DNA from: Promethearchaeia archaeon
Lineage (GTDB): Archaea; Asgardarchaeota; Lokiarchaeia; Sigyniarchaeales; SOKP01
DNA length: 64,000 bases
Assembly: GCA_049671145.1 (NCBI GenBank)
Contig: JBATUM010000088.1
Coordinates: 13,801-77,800 of the forward strand
Direction: 5' to 3'
Shown: in pieces, positions 8,847 to 18,675 of the stretch
Layout of the letters: the number at the start of each line of letters is the position of its first letter
Position numbering within the stretch: the first letter of the stretch is position 1
Notes under the pieces: generated by a model
The model's database searches: none
What the model was told of the DNA's origin: nothing
The model's input: the letters and a program-made list of their open reading frames with translations, nothing else
Position numbers and translations under genes: made by a program

Positions 8847-10085
8847 ATGGAAAATGTAGAAGAAAAACAAGTATTTAAAGAAGAGGTATCATCAGTAAAA
8901 AAAGAGGCTAAGAAACTACTTGAGGTTAAGAATTTAAAAACCTACTTTTACACCGAAGAGGGTGTTGTAAAAGCTGTAGATGGTGTTTCTTTTGATCTGT
9001 ATGAGGATGAAGTCCTCGGTTTAGTAGGTGAAACTGGTTGTGGAAAATCGGTTACGGCGCTCTCCATTATAGGTCTTGTAAGGGAACCAGGAAAGATAAT
9101 AGACGGATCTATAAAACTTAAAGGTGTAGATCTACTAGAATTAGATGAAAAAAGAATGAGAGATCATAGAGGTAAAGATATAACTATGATCTTCCAAGAT
9201 CCTTTAAATTCCCTAAATCCAGTAATGACAGCGGGAGTACAAATTGGAGAAGTCTTTTTACTTCATCAAGAAGATGAACTTAGAAGATTTCTAGATGAAA
9301 AAGTTCTAGGAAGGAAACAAAAAATTGAAGAACGTAAAGAATTAAGGGAAAATTTAAAGGAAAGTGAGCTATCAGAAGATCAAAAAGAAGATATCAAAAT
9401 TAAAATTAAAGAAGCCAAAGAAAAAGTACCAAGAATACCATATCTAAAAGATATATTAAATGAGAAAGTAGAAAGAATTATTAAAGAAGTGGGTATTGCA
9501 GATGCAAAAGGAATTTTAAAAAGATATCCACATGAACTTAGTGGTGGAATGAGACAACGTGTAATGATTGCTATGGCGCTTTCTTGCGAACCACTGTTAT
9601 TAATTGCTGATGAACCAACCACTGCTTTAGATGTTACCATTCAAGCTCAAATTTTAGATTTGATGAAAGGTTTAAAAGAGAGATTTAATACATCTATACT
9701 AATGATTACTCATGATTTAGGAATCATTGCTGATTTGTGCGATAGGGTCGCAGTGATGTATAGCGGTAATATAGTTGAGTATGCTACAGCAGAACGCTTA
9801 TTTAAAAATCCTCGACACCCCTATACACAAGGATTAATTGGTGCAATTCCTAGTATTGAAAAAAAAAACCAAAAGTTAAAGGTTATTCGTGGTATGGTTC
9901 CTAATTTAATATTTCCTCCATCAGGTTGTAGATTTCATCCTAGATGTGATGAAAGAATGGAAATATGTGATAAAATAAAACCGAAACTTAATGAAATTGG
10001 AGAAAGATATTTTGTAGCATGTCATCTTTTTGATCCACAATATCGCGATTCACCCAAATATGATTGGAGTAAAGAGAATATTTAA
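8847..10085 (+). CDS. ABC transporter ATP-binding protein (DppD/OppD type) with charged insertion
   Basis: Walker A GETGCGKS, Q-loop MIFQDP, signature LSGGMRQR, Walker B LLIADEPTTALD, ITHDL, and the C-terminal HPYTQGL oligopeptide-ABC tail. An extra Lys/Glu-rich segment of about 55-60 aa lies between the Q-loop and the signature motif. Confidence 0.9.
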   Translation: MENVEEKQVFKEEVSSVKKEAKKLLEVKNLKTYFYTEEGVVKAVDGVSFDLYEDEVLGLVGETGCGKSVTALSIIGLVREPGKIIDGSIKLKGVDLLELDEKRMRDHRGKDITMIFQDPLNSLNPVMTAGVQIGEVFLLHQEDELRRFLDEKVLGRKQKIEERKELRENLKESELSEDQKEDIKIKIKEAKEKVPRIPYLKDILNEKVERIIKEVGIADAKGILKRYPHELSGGMRQRVMIAMALSCEPLLLIADEPTTALDVTIQAQILDLMKGLKERFNTSILMITHDLGIIADLCDRVAVMYSGNIVEYATAERLFKNPRHPYTQGLIGAIPSIEKKNQKLKVIRGMVPNLIFPPSGCRFHPRCDERMEICDKIKPKLNEIGERYFVACHLFDPQYRDSPKYDWSKENI

Positions 10086-10131
10086 AATTAGATTTAAAGT
10101 ATAAATCAATTATAATAGAAGAAGAATTAAT

Positions 10132-11286
10132 ATGACTGTAAGTAAGGAGAAATATGAATATTTAAAAAATGACTATTCAAAAAGTAAAAAAAAAGTTATT
10201 TTATCTGTAAGAAATCTTAAAACATATTTCCCTATATATGGTGGAATTTTTAAGAGAAGAATAGCAGATGTTAAAGCAGTTGATGGCGTTTCCTTTGATA
10301 TGTATGAGGGAGAAACTTTGGGTTTAGTTGGAGAAAGTGGATGTGGTAAAACTACTGTAGGAAATACTATTTTAAACTTAGTTAAGCCTACAGACGGAGA
10401 AGTCATTTATAGGAATAAAAAACTAGTTATTAATAAAAAATTACATAAAAAACAAATGAAAGAAAAAGAAAAACCTGAAGTAAAGCTAACTAAATTACAA
10501 AGACATGACGCTAAAGCAATTTATTATACCACAGAGATTCGGAAAAAAATTCAAATGGTATTCCAAGACCCAGATTCATCTTTAAATCCTCGTTGGAAAA
10601 TTGTAAATATTATTGGTGAACCACTTAGAATATTAGAAGGAATGAAAAAAAGAAATAAAATTCGTGCTAGAGTTCTTGAATTATTAGAAACTGTCTCAAT
10701 GAAAGCGGAGCATTTAGATCGATATCCTCACGAATTTTCAGGAGGCCAAAAACAAAGAATAGTCATTGCTAGAGCTCTTGCCTGTAATCCTGACATAATG
10801 ATTCTGGATGAACCTACCTCTGCCTTAGACGTATCAGTTCAAGCACAAATATTAAACCTTTTAAGGGACCTTCAATCTCAATTTAATTTATCTTATATGT
10901 TTATTACCCATGATTTAAGTGTAGTGCATCATATAGCTGATAGAATTGCTGTTATGTATTTAGGTAAATTTGTTGAGAGAGGTCCTATAGAAAAGGTTTT
11001 CTATCATCCTACTCATCCATATACTAAAGCTTTATTATCAGCACGCCCAACTTTTGATCCTACTTCAAGAATAACTAGGATAATCTTAGAAGGTGATGTA
11101 CCAAGTCCTATTAACCCTCCCGAGGGATGTGCCTTTAATCCTAGATGTTATGAAAAAGGTGAGCATATAGGGTGCGGGAAGGAGGATCCTCTTGAGTTCG
11201 AGATAAGTGAAGATCATTATATCATGTGCAGACCATTTGTAAAAGAAGAAAAATCTTATGAAGGAATGGAATATATTTCTGATTAA
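10132..11286 (+). CDS. ABC transporter ATP-binding protein (DppF/OppF type) with charged insertion
   Basis: Walker A GESGCGKT, MVFQDP, FSGGQKQR, IMILDEPTSALD, ITHDL, HPYTKALL. An extra Lys-rich segment lies between the Walker A region and the Q-loop. Confidence 0.9.
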   Translation: MTVSKEKYEYLKNDYSKSKKKVILSVRNLKTYFPIYGGIFKRRIADVKAVDGVSFDMYEGETLGLVGESGCGKTTVGNTILNLVKPTDGEVIYRNKKLVINKKLHKKQMKEKEKPEVKLTKLQRHDAKAIYYTTEIRKKIQMVFQDPDSSLNPRWKIVNIIGEPLRILEGMKKRNKIRARVLELLETVSMKAEHLDRYPHEFSGGQKQRIVIARALACNPDIMILDEPTSALDVSVQAQILNLLRDLQSQFNLSYMFITHDLSVVHHIADRIAVMYLGKFVERGPIEKVFYHPTHPYTKALLSARPTFDPTSRITRIILEGDVPSPINPPEGCAFNPRCYEKGEHIGCGKEDPLEFEISEDHYIMCRPFVKEEKSYEGMEYISD

Positions 11287-11291
11287 ATTTC

Positions 11292-11300
11292 TTTTTTTTT
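11292..11300 (+). terminator. T9 tract after the last ABC gene
   Basis: Run of 9 T starting 6 nt after the stop codon. Confidence 0.35.
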
Positions 11301-11409
11301 AAAAAACTAATTCATTTAATTAATTTTTAAGCATTTTATTAATGAAATTCTATTTTTAAATAGATTATTTTCAATAAAAAAATTAAATAATTAAATATTA
11401 AAATTCAAA

Positions 11410-12591
11410 ATGTCAACAAATAGAGCCCAAATTTTTATAATAAATACTTCTCCAAAAACTGTTTTGGAAGATTATAAAAGATTAATGGATTTAACAGAGT
11501 ATCAGAAATACTATTTAAAAAGGAAACAAATTATCATTAAGCTTAATTTAAGTTGGTCAAAATTTTTTCCTGCATGTTCAAGTCCTCCTTGGCAAGTAGA
11601 GGGTGTTTTGAAAACTATGATAGATGGTGGTTATGATCCTAAAAAATTATTTACAGCAGAAAATAGAACTGTGGTTACAAATATTGAAAAAGGCTTAAAA
11701 GGGAATCATTGGTGGCCAATCATAAGGAAGTATAATGCATGGTTTGTACCCCTAACGCGTATTCCTTTTATCCCTTATGAATCACTGAGACCTAAATTTT
11801 TGAGTTTAAAGAACCAGAAATTACTTGCATTAGATTCCAAAATATTTCCTGAAGGATTTAAAATACCAGAATTTTATGTCGGGAAATCTATTATTCATCT
11901 TCCAACGATGAAAACTCATGGACATACTGGTGCTGTGGGGGGATCATTAGAACATACTAAAAGTGAAATGAAACATGGGGGAATTACCTGTGCTATGAAG
12001 AATGCTTTTGGTGGATTACTAACAAAAAGAAGGCATTTTTCCCATCAATATATGAGTGAAGTCCTTGTTGATTTACTAATAATCCAAAAGCAAATACACC
12101 CAAATATTATGTCTATAGTTGATGGTACTGTTTGCGGAGATGGAGCAGGACCAAGGACTATGATACCAAAAATTAAGAACACTATACTCGCTGGATATGA
12201 TCAAGTCGCTGTAGATACAATTGTTTCTAAAATGATGGGTTTTGATCCATTGAAATTACCTGCTATAAAATTAGCTCATGATATGGGATTAGGATGTGGC
12301 GATTTCGATCAAATTGAATTAATAGGTGAAGATGTTTCAAATGTCAATTGGAACTTCAATGTAAAGAGAAGCTTAGTGATTTGGGGTGATCAGATGGTTA
12401 GAAAAGGCCCATTGCAATTCATGTATCCATTGTTTAAGAATGATCTTTTTTTTATGGGACCTATCATGGCATCTATGATATTCCATGATATGTTCTGGTA
12501 TCCAACAATAGGAAAAAGTAGGATTAAAAAATTTATGCAAACAGATTGGGGAAAATTATTTAGGAGTTATCAATCTATTAAAACTCTCTGA
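11410..12591 (+). CDS. DUF362 domain protein
   Basis: 393 aa. The pattern IIKLNLSW...PWQVEGVL...HLPTMKTHGHTG...AMKNAFGGLL...VDGTVCGDGAGPR...LAGYDQVAVD...MGFDP matches my recollection of DUF362. Its 3' end overlaps the convergent tlyA by 14 nt. Confidence 0.6.
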   Translation: MSTNRAQIFIINTSPKTVLEDYKRLMDLTEYQKYYLKRKQIIIKLNLSWSKFFPACSSPPWQVEGVLKTMIDGGYDPKKLFTAENRTVVTNIEKGLKGNHWWPIIRKYNAWFVPLTRIPFIPYESLRPKFLSLKNQKLLALDSKIFPEGFKIPEFYVGKSIIHLPTMKTHGHTGAVGGSLEHTKSEMKHGGITCAMKNAFGGLLTKRRHFSHQYMSEVLVDLLIIQKQIHPNIMSIVDGTVCGDGAGPRTMIPKIKNTILAGYDQVAVDTIVSKMMGFDPLKLPAIKLAHDMGLGCGDFDQIELIGEDVSNVNWNFNVKRSLVIWGDQMVRKGPLQFMYPLFKNDLFFMGPIMASMIFHDMFWYPTIGKSRIKKFMQTDWGKLFRSYQSIKTL

Positions 12592-13375
12592 TATTAATAT
12601 TATCGATAACTTTTTCAATTTCCTCAAAAATTTTGAATTGTTTCCGTTCTTTATCTATTCTCAAATGAATTAAAAATTCAACTGACCCCCCCTTACCCAA
12701 AATTGGAGATTGTGTTATCCCATAAGGAAAAAAACCATTTTCAGAACTCCAGTATAAAAAATCATGTAAAATTTTTTTAAGTCTCTGAAAATTTGTGATT
12801 TTTTTTAAAAATTTTTTATCATAAAAATTTGTCTCAAAAAGTGGTTTAACTAAAACAATAATGTCTCCATCTCTTTTTAAATAATTCTTAACATTTGGTA
12901 GAATTTTTTTTAATGGAGCAAACGTAATATCTATGGTTACAATATCAATCATTTCATCCAATTCGATTAATGATCGCGCATCAACTCCTAATAACTTGAT
13001 AACTTTATTATGTTTACTCGTTAATGATGGATGAAGAATATGTTTTGCTGTATCTATAGTATAGACTTTTAATGCTTTATTTTTTATGAGACAATCGGTA
13101 AATCCCCCAATAGAAGCTCCAATATCAGTGCATACCTTATTTTTCACCATTACTGCAAATTTATTTAGCGCTGCTTCTAATTTTAACCCACCACGCCCTA
13201 CATAGGGAAATTCCTTTTTCAATGTAATATTAGCCTTATTATCTACCTTTTTTCCCGGTTTTTTTAGTACAACTCCATTTATTAATACAAAACCGTTTTT
13301 TATTAACCACTGGGCTTTTACTCTACTCTCTACTAATCGTTTTTTAACTAAAATAATATCAATACGTTCTTTCAT
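12578..13375 (-). CDS. tlyA: TlyA-family rRNA (cytidine-2'-O)-methyltransferase
   Basis: 265 aa. N-terminal S4 domain (RIDIILVKKRLVESRVKAQWLIKNGFVLING) plus an FtsJ-like methyltransferase domain (VGRGGLKLEAAL, CTDIGASIGGFTDCL). Confidence 0.8.
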   Translation of the reverse strand: MKERIDIILVKKRLVESRVKAQWLIKNGFVLINGVVLKKPGKKVDNKANITLKKEFPYVGRGGLKLEAALNKFAVMVKNKVCTDIGASIGGFTDCLIKNKALKVYTIDTAKHILHPSLTSKHNKVIKLLGVDARSLIELDEMIDIVTIDITFAPLKKILPNVKNYLKRDGDIIVLVKPLFETNFYDKKFLKKITNFQRLKKILHDFLYWSSENGFFPYGITQSPILGKGGSVEFLIHLRIDKERKQFKIFEEIEKVIDNINIREF

Positions 13376-13450
13376 AAATCAATTTCATTGATATCTAAAT
13401 CCTAAATTTTAAGATTATTCCTTGTTTTTTAAGGTTTTTATTTAAAATCT

Positions 13451-14527
13451 TTATAATCTCTTTGCTAGCGCTCTACTTAATCTTCCAATCTGCATCTTTA
13501 TCGAAAAATGAGGGCCGATCTTAATATGAATAATTCTCAGTAAAATGCCAATTAAAAAGAGAGTGATTGAAATATACATCAAGAGATATATATATTTTAA
13601 GCTGTTTTGAAAAATAAAAAACAATACATTATGAAGTAGATAAATGGAAAGAGAATAGTATGAGAAATAATAAAGGAATTTATAGTTTTTCTTAAAACGA
13701 AAAACCTCAATTTCCTCAATAAAAATCAGAGAAGATATTAATATTAATTCAATGCCTAATGAATAAACTAACCAAGAAAATGTTCGATGTTGTAAGAAAT
13801 TAGGAAATTGAAAAAATATCCCAAAAATTATCAAAATTATACCAAATATTAATCCTGGAATCAGTAATTTTTTCCTTAAAATAAAGCTTCTCTCGTTTCG
13901 ATCCTCAATTAAATAAATTTCAAAAATTATATCTCCAACAACTGTGCCAATTATAAAAAATGTGAAGAATGATAAAATAGGATCTAATCCTAATCTATTA
14001 TATAGGAGATGATTAAGGATGCCAAGAAAATTCATTTGTCCACTAAAGTTTGATAGATAATTCATTAAAAATAGATTAATGACCCATAAAATTAAACCTA
14101 AATATATTCTGAAGCGTTTACTGGTTTTTAATAAGGGCCAACCTAAAAATAATGACACAGAAACTGTTAATAAAATAAACCAAGTCCAAATATCTGCAGG
14201 ATTATTCAATTTTATAGAAATAAGAGCATTATATATCAAAGCAATTATAAATATAATGGATGTACGAAGCAAAAACTCTCTCCTATATAATTTCATGCTA
14301 CTTGTTTTATTTATTTCTATATCCTGAATCTTTTTTTTATAGGATAACGCAGTGCTTACTCCAGCAATAAATAAAAATGCTCCTGAGCCTAATGGGTCTC
14401 CTATTGAACGAAGTATATTGAAAAACCAAAGTTCTTCATTTAATATCCACCACTCGGTCAAATGACCAATAATCATCCAAATTATGCTTATTCCCCGAAG
14501 TGCATCAATCGTTTTAAATCTCTTCAT
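13451..14527 (-). CDS. DUF1624/acyltransferase-3-like polytopic membrane protein
   Basis: 358 aa, about 10 TM. The opening KRFKTIDALRGISIIWMIIGH matches the R...[LI]DALRG...M...H start of HGSNAT/DUF1624-type acyltransferases. Confidence 0.5.
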   Translation of the reverse strand: MKRFKTIDALRGISIIWMIIGHLTEWWILNEELWFFNILRSIGDPLGSGAFLFIAGVSTALSYKKKIQDIEINKTSSMKLYRREFLLRTSIIFIIALIYNALISIKLNNPADIWTWFILLTVSVSLFLGWPLLKTSKRFRIYLGLILWVINLFLMNYLSNFSGQMNFLGILNHLLYNRLGLDPILSFFTFFIIGTVVGDIIFEIYLIEDRNERSFILRKKLLIPGLIFGIILIIFGIFFQFPNFLQHRTFSWLVYSLGIELILISSLIFIEEIEVFRFKKNYKFLYYFSYYSLSIYLLHNVLFFIFQNSLKYIYLLMYISITLFLIGILLRIIHIKIGPHFSIKMQIGRLSRALAKRL

Positions 14528-14618
14528 TCTAAAACTAACTAATTAGTTTAAATTCTAACAAATAAATGGTAACTAAGTTTTATTCTTATGTTTAAAAAGA
14601 CAAATAAAAACTTATTAA

Positions 14619-15503
14619 TTAATATTTCTTTTTCGAAAGATAAGCAGAATATTCATGAATAATCTTTGTTGATTCCATTAAGGATAATTCTCCATTTAGT
14701 ACCCTTTTTGCTAAAGCTTCTAATGAAAGATTATATTCATTATTTTTTTCGAATTTAAAATCCTTCCATCTATCAACCTTTAATCTTTTTGTCTTAATTT
14801 GATTAAAGAAACTTTCATAATTAACGAGGTTTACTTCTATCCCTTCTCGCAAAGATATAATCAATGCGGCTATCTCATCTTTAGAGAATTTTGTCTCTCT
14901 TTTACTATAAATTTTTATTTTTGATGATTTATATTCATCAATTAAAAAAATTCTTATAAATCTGTCTTTATATTTGCTAAATATAAGTTTCACTAAATTA
15001 TGAGTTACTGAAATAACACCTATCCCAAATTTGAAGTTTAACCATAAATTTTCATTTTTACTCCTAAAATATGCTACATATTCTTCTAAAATATGTATAA
15101 GGTCTAACTCTTTGAAACAACAATAAGAATCTAAAAAAAAATCATCTAGAAAAATCATTAAACCTATTTTTTTACCAGGATCAATTGAAAATGTAAGAGA
15201 GGAATAAATCTCTTTATATCCAACTCTATAAGAAGATAGCACTTCTAAAAAATAATTTTCAAACTTTTCAGTATCTGAATAAGCCAAAATTATAGCTTTA
15301 TTGTTTATTCTTTCTAATTTATTAAGCTCTTTACTTGTAGTAAGGATTAATGAGGGAGTGTATGGTAACTTCTTTTCTATATTCAAAACTTTAAATTGGA
15401 TTTTTTTTTCTTTTAATGCCTTATTTAATCTAAAAAAAAAATTCAAATTTTCTGTGAATATATATAAAGGTAATTTTCTCAAATTAATTATATAAATTAA
15501 CAA
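14619..15503 (-). CDS. Hypothetical protein with a possible RNase H-fold (RuvC/YqgF-like) nuclease core
   Basis: 294 aa. Three acidic motifs occur in RuvC-like order: FSIDPGKKIGLMIF (D108), IFLIDEYKSS (D189/E190) and SKDEIAALIISL (D209/E210; compare RuvC DAADALAIA). The N-terminal ~100 aa are unassigned. The function call is inference only. Confidence 0.4.
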   Translation of the reverse strand: MLIYIINLRKLPLYIFTENLNFFFRLNKALKEKKIQFKVLNIEKKLPYTPSLILTTSKELNKLERINNKAIILAYSDTEKFENYFLEVLSSYRVGYKEIYSSLTFSIDPGKKIGLMIFLDDFFLDSYCCFKELDLIHILEEYVAYFRSKNENLWLNFKFGIGVISVTHNLVKLIFSKYKDRFIRIFLIDEYKSSKIKIYSKRETKFSKDEIAALIISLREGIEVNLVNYESFFNQIKTKRLKVDRWKDFKFEKNNEYNLSLEALAKRVLNGELSLMESTKIIHEYSAYLSKKKY

Positions 15504-15524
15504 TTGATTTAAAAATTTACAATA

Positions 15525-16217
15525 ATGGATTATTTAATAAAACCCTTCAACGAGTTATTCGACTATATTTTTCCGATTAAGGGAATTCTTTCTGTATGGG
15601 GTGATTTTGGAGTTGGAAAAACCACATTTTCACTACAAAAAGCTATAAGTTATGTATCAGGTAAAAATAAAATAATTTATATTTATACAAAACCTAATTT
15701 TCCTCTTGAAAAAATAAATAACTCTATCCAAAAATCAGTAAGAAATCCCTTAGATAAAATAATTTTTATAAAATCTTTAAATTTTGAAGATCTATATTAC
15801 TTAGTCTTCAATTTGGAATTTATATTACTAGATACTTATAAAAAACTTAATACCGTTATAGAATTAATAATTATTGATTCTATAACTGATTTATACCGAT
15901 TGGAGCTCAATAGAGAAAGCAAAGAGAAAAATTTTTTATTGAATTATAAGTTAAATCAGATTTTAGCAAATTTATTTTTTTTAAATAAGAAATATAGCAT
16001 TAATATTATAGTTGTAAATACTCAAACTAATATTAATCAAAATGGGCAGTTAATTGAAGTTCAAAGCGGTGGTAAGGTTATGGATTATTGGATTGACAGC
16101 TCGCTCAAAATTTTACGAACAAACGAATTAAACTGTCGGAGATTTGTTTTTAAAAAGAAGAATAATAAAAAAGCAATTGCATCTTTATCGACTCTCACAC
16201 AAGATGGATTTATTTAA
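15525..16217 (+). CDS. RadB-like RecA-superfamily ATPase
   Basis: 230 aa. Walker A GDFGVGKT, Walker B LIIIDSITDLYR, and a later NTQ...SGGKVMDYW segment. No N-terminal HhH domain. The start is 21 bp from the divergent 14619..15503 gene. Confidence 0.6.
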   Translation: MDYLIKPFNELFDYIFPIKGILSVWGDFGVGKTTFSLQKAISYVSGKNKIIYIYTKPNFPLEKINNSIQKSVRNPLDKIIFIKSLNFEDLYYLVFNLEFILLDTYKKLNTVIELIIIDSITDLYRLELNRESKEKNFLLNYKLNQILANLFFLNKKYSINIIVVNTQTNINQNGQLIEVQSGGKVMDYWIDSSLKILRTNELNCRRFVFKKKNNKKAIASLSTLTQDGFI

Positions 16218-16375
16218 ACCATAAAATAATTTACAATAGAATAGAAGTTTTTATTAAAAGCTTTTTAGTTGGATTAATTCTTATTATAATGTTGAGCATG
16301 TATAAAGAATTATCTATAATTTTTCATTAATATAATTGAAGAATTTAAAATATAATTAAGGAAATAAATTTACAT

Positions 16376-17368
16376 ATGAATGCTAAAAGTGAGAAAATAA
16401 AGCTATCTAGATGGTTAGAGACATATATTCCTCACGCTTTCCCAAATAAAGGAGAAATAATTGAAATTATTGAAACTATTGCTGAAGCCACGATTCCTAT
16501 TCGAGGGTTATTAGAAAGAGGAATAACCTCTCGTGAGATAGAACACAGAATGAATATTAAAAAACCAACTTATGATTCCAAAAACATTTTTGAAGAAACA
16601 CAAATTCATGAAGATATTTTAACTCATAGTATAATCTTACAAGCTTTAAATGAAGGAAAAGTAGGTTTTTCTTTTATCGCATCTGAGGAGTCAGAACCTG
16701 TGTTAGGTGATGGAATTTTTGGAATTACAATTGATCCTGTTGATGGCTCTTCTAATGTTGCTGTCAATAGAACAGTTGGCACTATAATAGGAATTTATAA
16801 TGAATCGGGGAAAATAATATGTGGATTTTATGTACTCTATGGAATCTTTACAAATCTTGTTTTAGCTATTAATGGTAAAGTTGCTGAATTCATTTTAGAT
16901 ACTTCACCTTATAGTATGACTTTCTATCATTATGTGTTTCAAGAATTAAAAATTATGCCCAACAAAGAAGAGGGAAATATTAGGTGTATTGGAGGAGATA
17001 ATACACAGTGGATTGATAAATACAAAAATTATGAGAAGTTATTGATGAATAAGCGATTCAAAGATCGTTATAGTGGTAGTTTTGTGGGAGACTTTCATGC
17101 AATCATTAATTATGGTGGTGTATATGCATATTTTCCGTCTCCAAATCCAAAATTAAGGATTTATTATGAATGGCTACCATTGGCTTTCATTACAAAATCT
17201 CTTGAAGGAGAATTTATAGCTTTAGAATATTTAGATAAAAAAGAAAAAATAAAACATATAGAAGACTTTGAACCTTTAATGAGAAATAATGTTCAAAAAA
17301 TTCATTCTCTTACGTATGGTGGAATTTTAGGAAGTAAAAAAGCAGTAGATCTATATTTTACGCTTTAA
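16376..17368 (+). CDS. fbp: Fructose-1,6-bisphosphatase, class I
   Basis: 330 aa. ASEESEPV, IDPVDGSSNV, VGTIIGIY, RYSGSFVGDFHAIINYGGVYAYFP and KLRIYYEWLPLAFI align with class I FBPase motifs (DPLDGSSN, RY.GS.V.D.H, KLR.LYE..P.AF). Confidence 0.8.
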   Translation: MNAKSEKIKLSRWLETYIPHAFPNKGEIIEIIETIAEATIPIRGLLERGITSREIEHRMNIKKPTYDSKNIFEETQIHEDILTHSIILQALNEGKVGFSFIASEESEPVLGDGIFGITIDPVDGSSNVAVNRTVGTIIGIYNESGKIICGFYVLYGIFTNLVLAINGKVAEFILDTSPYSMTFYHYVFQELKIMPNKEEGNIRCIGGDNTQWIDKYKNYEKLLMNKRFKDRYSGSFVGDFHAIINYGGVYAYFPSPNPKLRIYYEWLPLAFITKSLEGEFIALEYLDKKEKIKHIEDFEPLMRNNVQKIHSLTYGGILGSKKAVDLYFTL

Positions 17369-17427
17369 AATTTTTATATATTTAAACAAATATATTTTGC
17401 TCTGTAAATTAAATAAAAATTATAATT

Positions 17428-18672
17428 ATGAGAAGAAACAAGAACATTCAAGAAAATAAAAAATATTTACTACAAAAAGAAAGTTCTGTTGATTTTTATA
17501 TATATGATTCAGATAAAGATAAAATTCCATCAAAATCTATGGATGTTTTTTATAATAAAAAGATGGAAATAAATCGTGATATAACTAATTCTTCTATTAT
17601 TGCATATAATGAATTATTTAATCCAGAATCTTTAATAATAGTGGATTCTATGGCAGCATCAGGAATAGGGGCCATAAGATTGCTCCAAGAATGTAAAAAT
17701 ATCGAAAAAATTTATATAAATGATATAAATCCTTTAGCAATAAGCCTTATAAAAAAAAATTTAGAATTAAATAAGATTAAACCCACTCATGTAGAATTAA
17801 CTAATAAAGATTCAAATTTTTTATGTTTAAAACTAGCCCAACAAATTAAATTAAATTTAAAAATACGATTTAAGCGTCCGAATGTAATTATAATCGATCC
17901 ATTCGGTACCCCTTCTCATTTTGTTGATGCAGCGTTGAAATTAATTCAAAAAGAAAATGGATTATTAAGTATAACTGCAACTGATACAGCCGTTCTATTT
18001 GGTGTCAGAAAGAAAGCATGTTTTAAAAAATATATGTCCAAACCTCTTCATAATGAATATTGTAAAGAAACTGGTGCAAGAATTTTACTTCATTTCATAT
18101 CAAAAATAGCTAATATAAATAATCTTGGCATAAGTCCATTAATAACGTTTTATTCTGGTCATTTCATAAAAATTTTTGCCCATACTTATAAGAATAAAGA
18201 TAAGATTTATACAAACTTCTCTAATTATGGATATATCATACATTGTAATAATTGTGGGCACCGTTCTGTATATAAAAACAATGTTGTAAAAATTCCTCAT
18301 CAATGCCCCTCTTGTAAGGAAGGTAAAATAACCGAATATGCTGGACCTCTTTGGATTGAAAAAATCCATGATAAAGCATTTATTAAGCGAGTTCTTTTTC
18401 AAAATTCAAACTCGAATCATTATACTAAGAAAAAAATTAATAAAATTCTAAGCTTGATATCAAATGAAATTGATATGCCTATTACTTACTATGATATACA
18501 TCTCTTATGTGAAAGGTTGAAACTATCCCAAATACCTAAAATTGAATTAATAATTGAACAAATAAAAAGAAGAGGTGGTCAAGCTTCAAGAACTCATTTT
18601 GATTTTTTATCAATAAAAACAAATATTGGAATAGATGAGTTACAAAAAATAATAATTGAATTACAGAAATAA
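17428..18672 (+). CDS. trm1: tRNA (guanine26-N2)-dimethyltransferase Trm1
   Basis: 414 aa. Motifs MEINRDIT, DSMAASGIGAIRL, INDINP, IIIDPFGTPSHFVDAAL and ITATDTAVLFG, plus a CNNCGH...CPSC zinc module. Confidence 0.85.
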   Translation: MRRNKNIQENKKYLLQKESSVDFYIYDSDKDKIPSKSMDVFYNKKMEINRDITNSSIIAYNELFNPESLIIVDSMAASGIGAIRLLQECKNIEKIYINDINPLAISLIKKNLELNKIKPTHVELTNKDSNFLCLKLAQQIKLNLKIRFKRPNVIIIDPFGTPSHFVDAALKLIQKENGLLSITATDTAVLFGVRKKACFKKYMSKPLHNEYCKETGARILLHFISKIANINNLGISPLITFYSGHFIKIFAHTYKNKDKIYTNFSNYGYIIHCNNCGHRSVYKNNVVKIPHQCPSCKEGKITEYAGPLWIEKIHDKAFIKRVLFQNSNSNHYTKKKINKILSLISNEIDMPITYYDIHLLCERLKLSQIPKIELIIEQIKRRGGQASRTHFDFLSIKTNIGIDELQKIIIELQK

Positions 18673-18675
18673 GAG

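Noticed and set aside
12578-12591. 14-nt convergent overlap of DUF362 and tlyA as a possible antisense regulatory feature
   Set aside because: Short 3'-3' overlaps are common in compact genomes, and nothing in the sequence suggests more.
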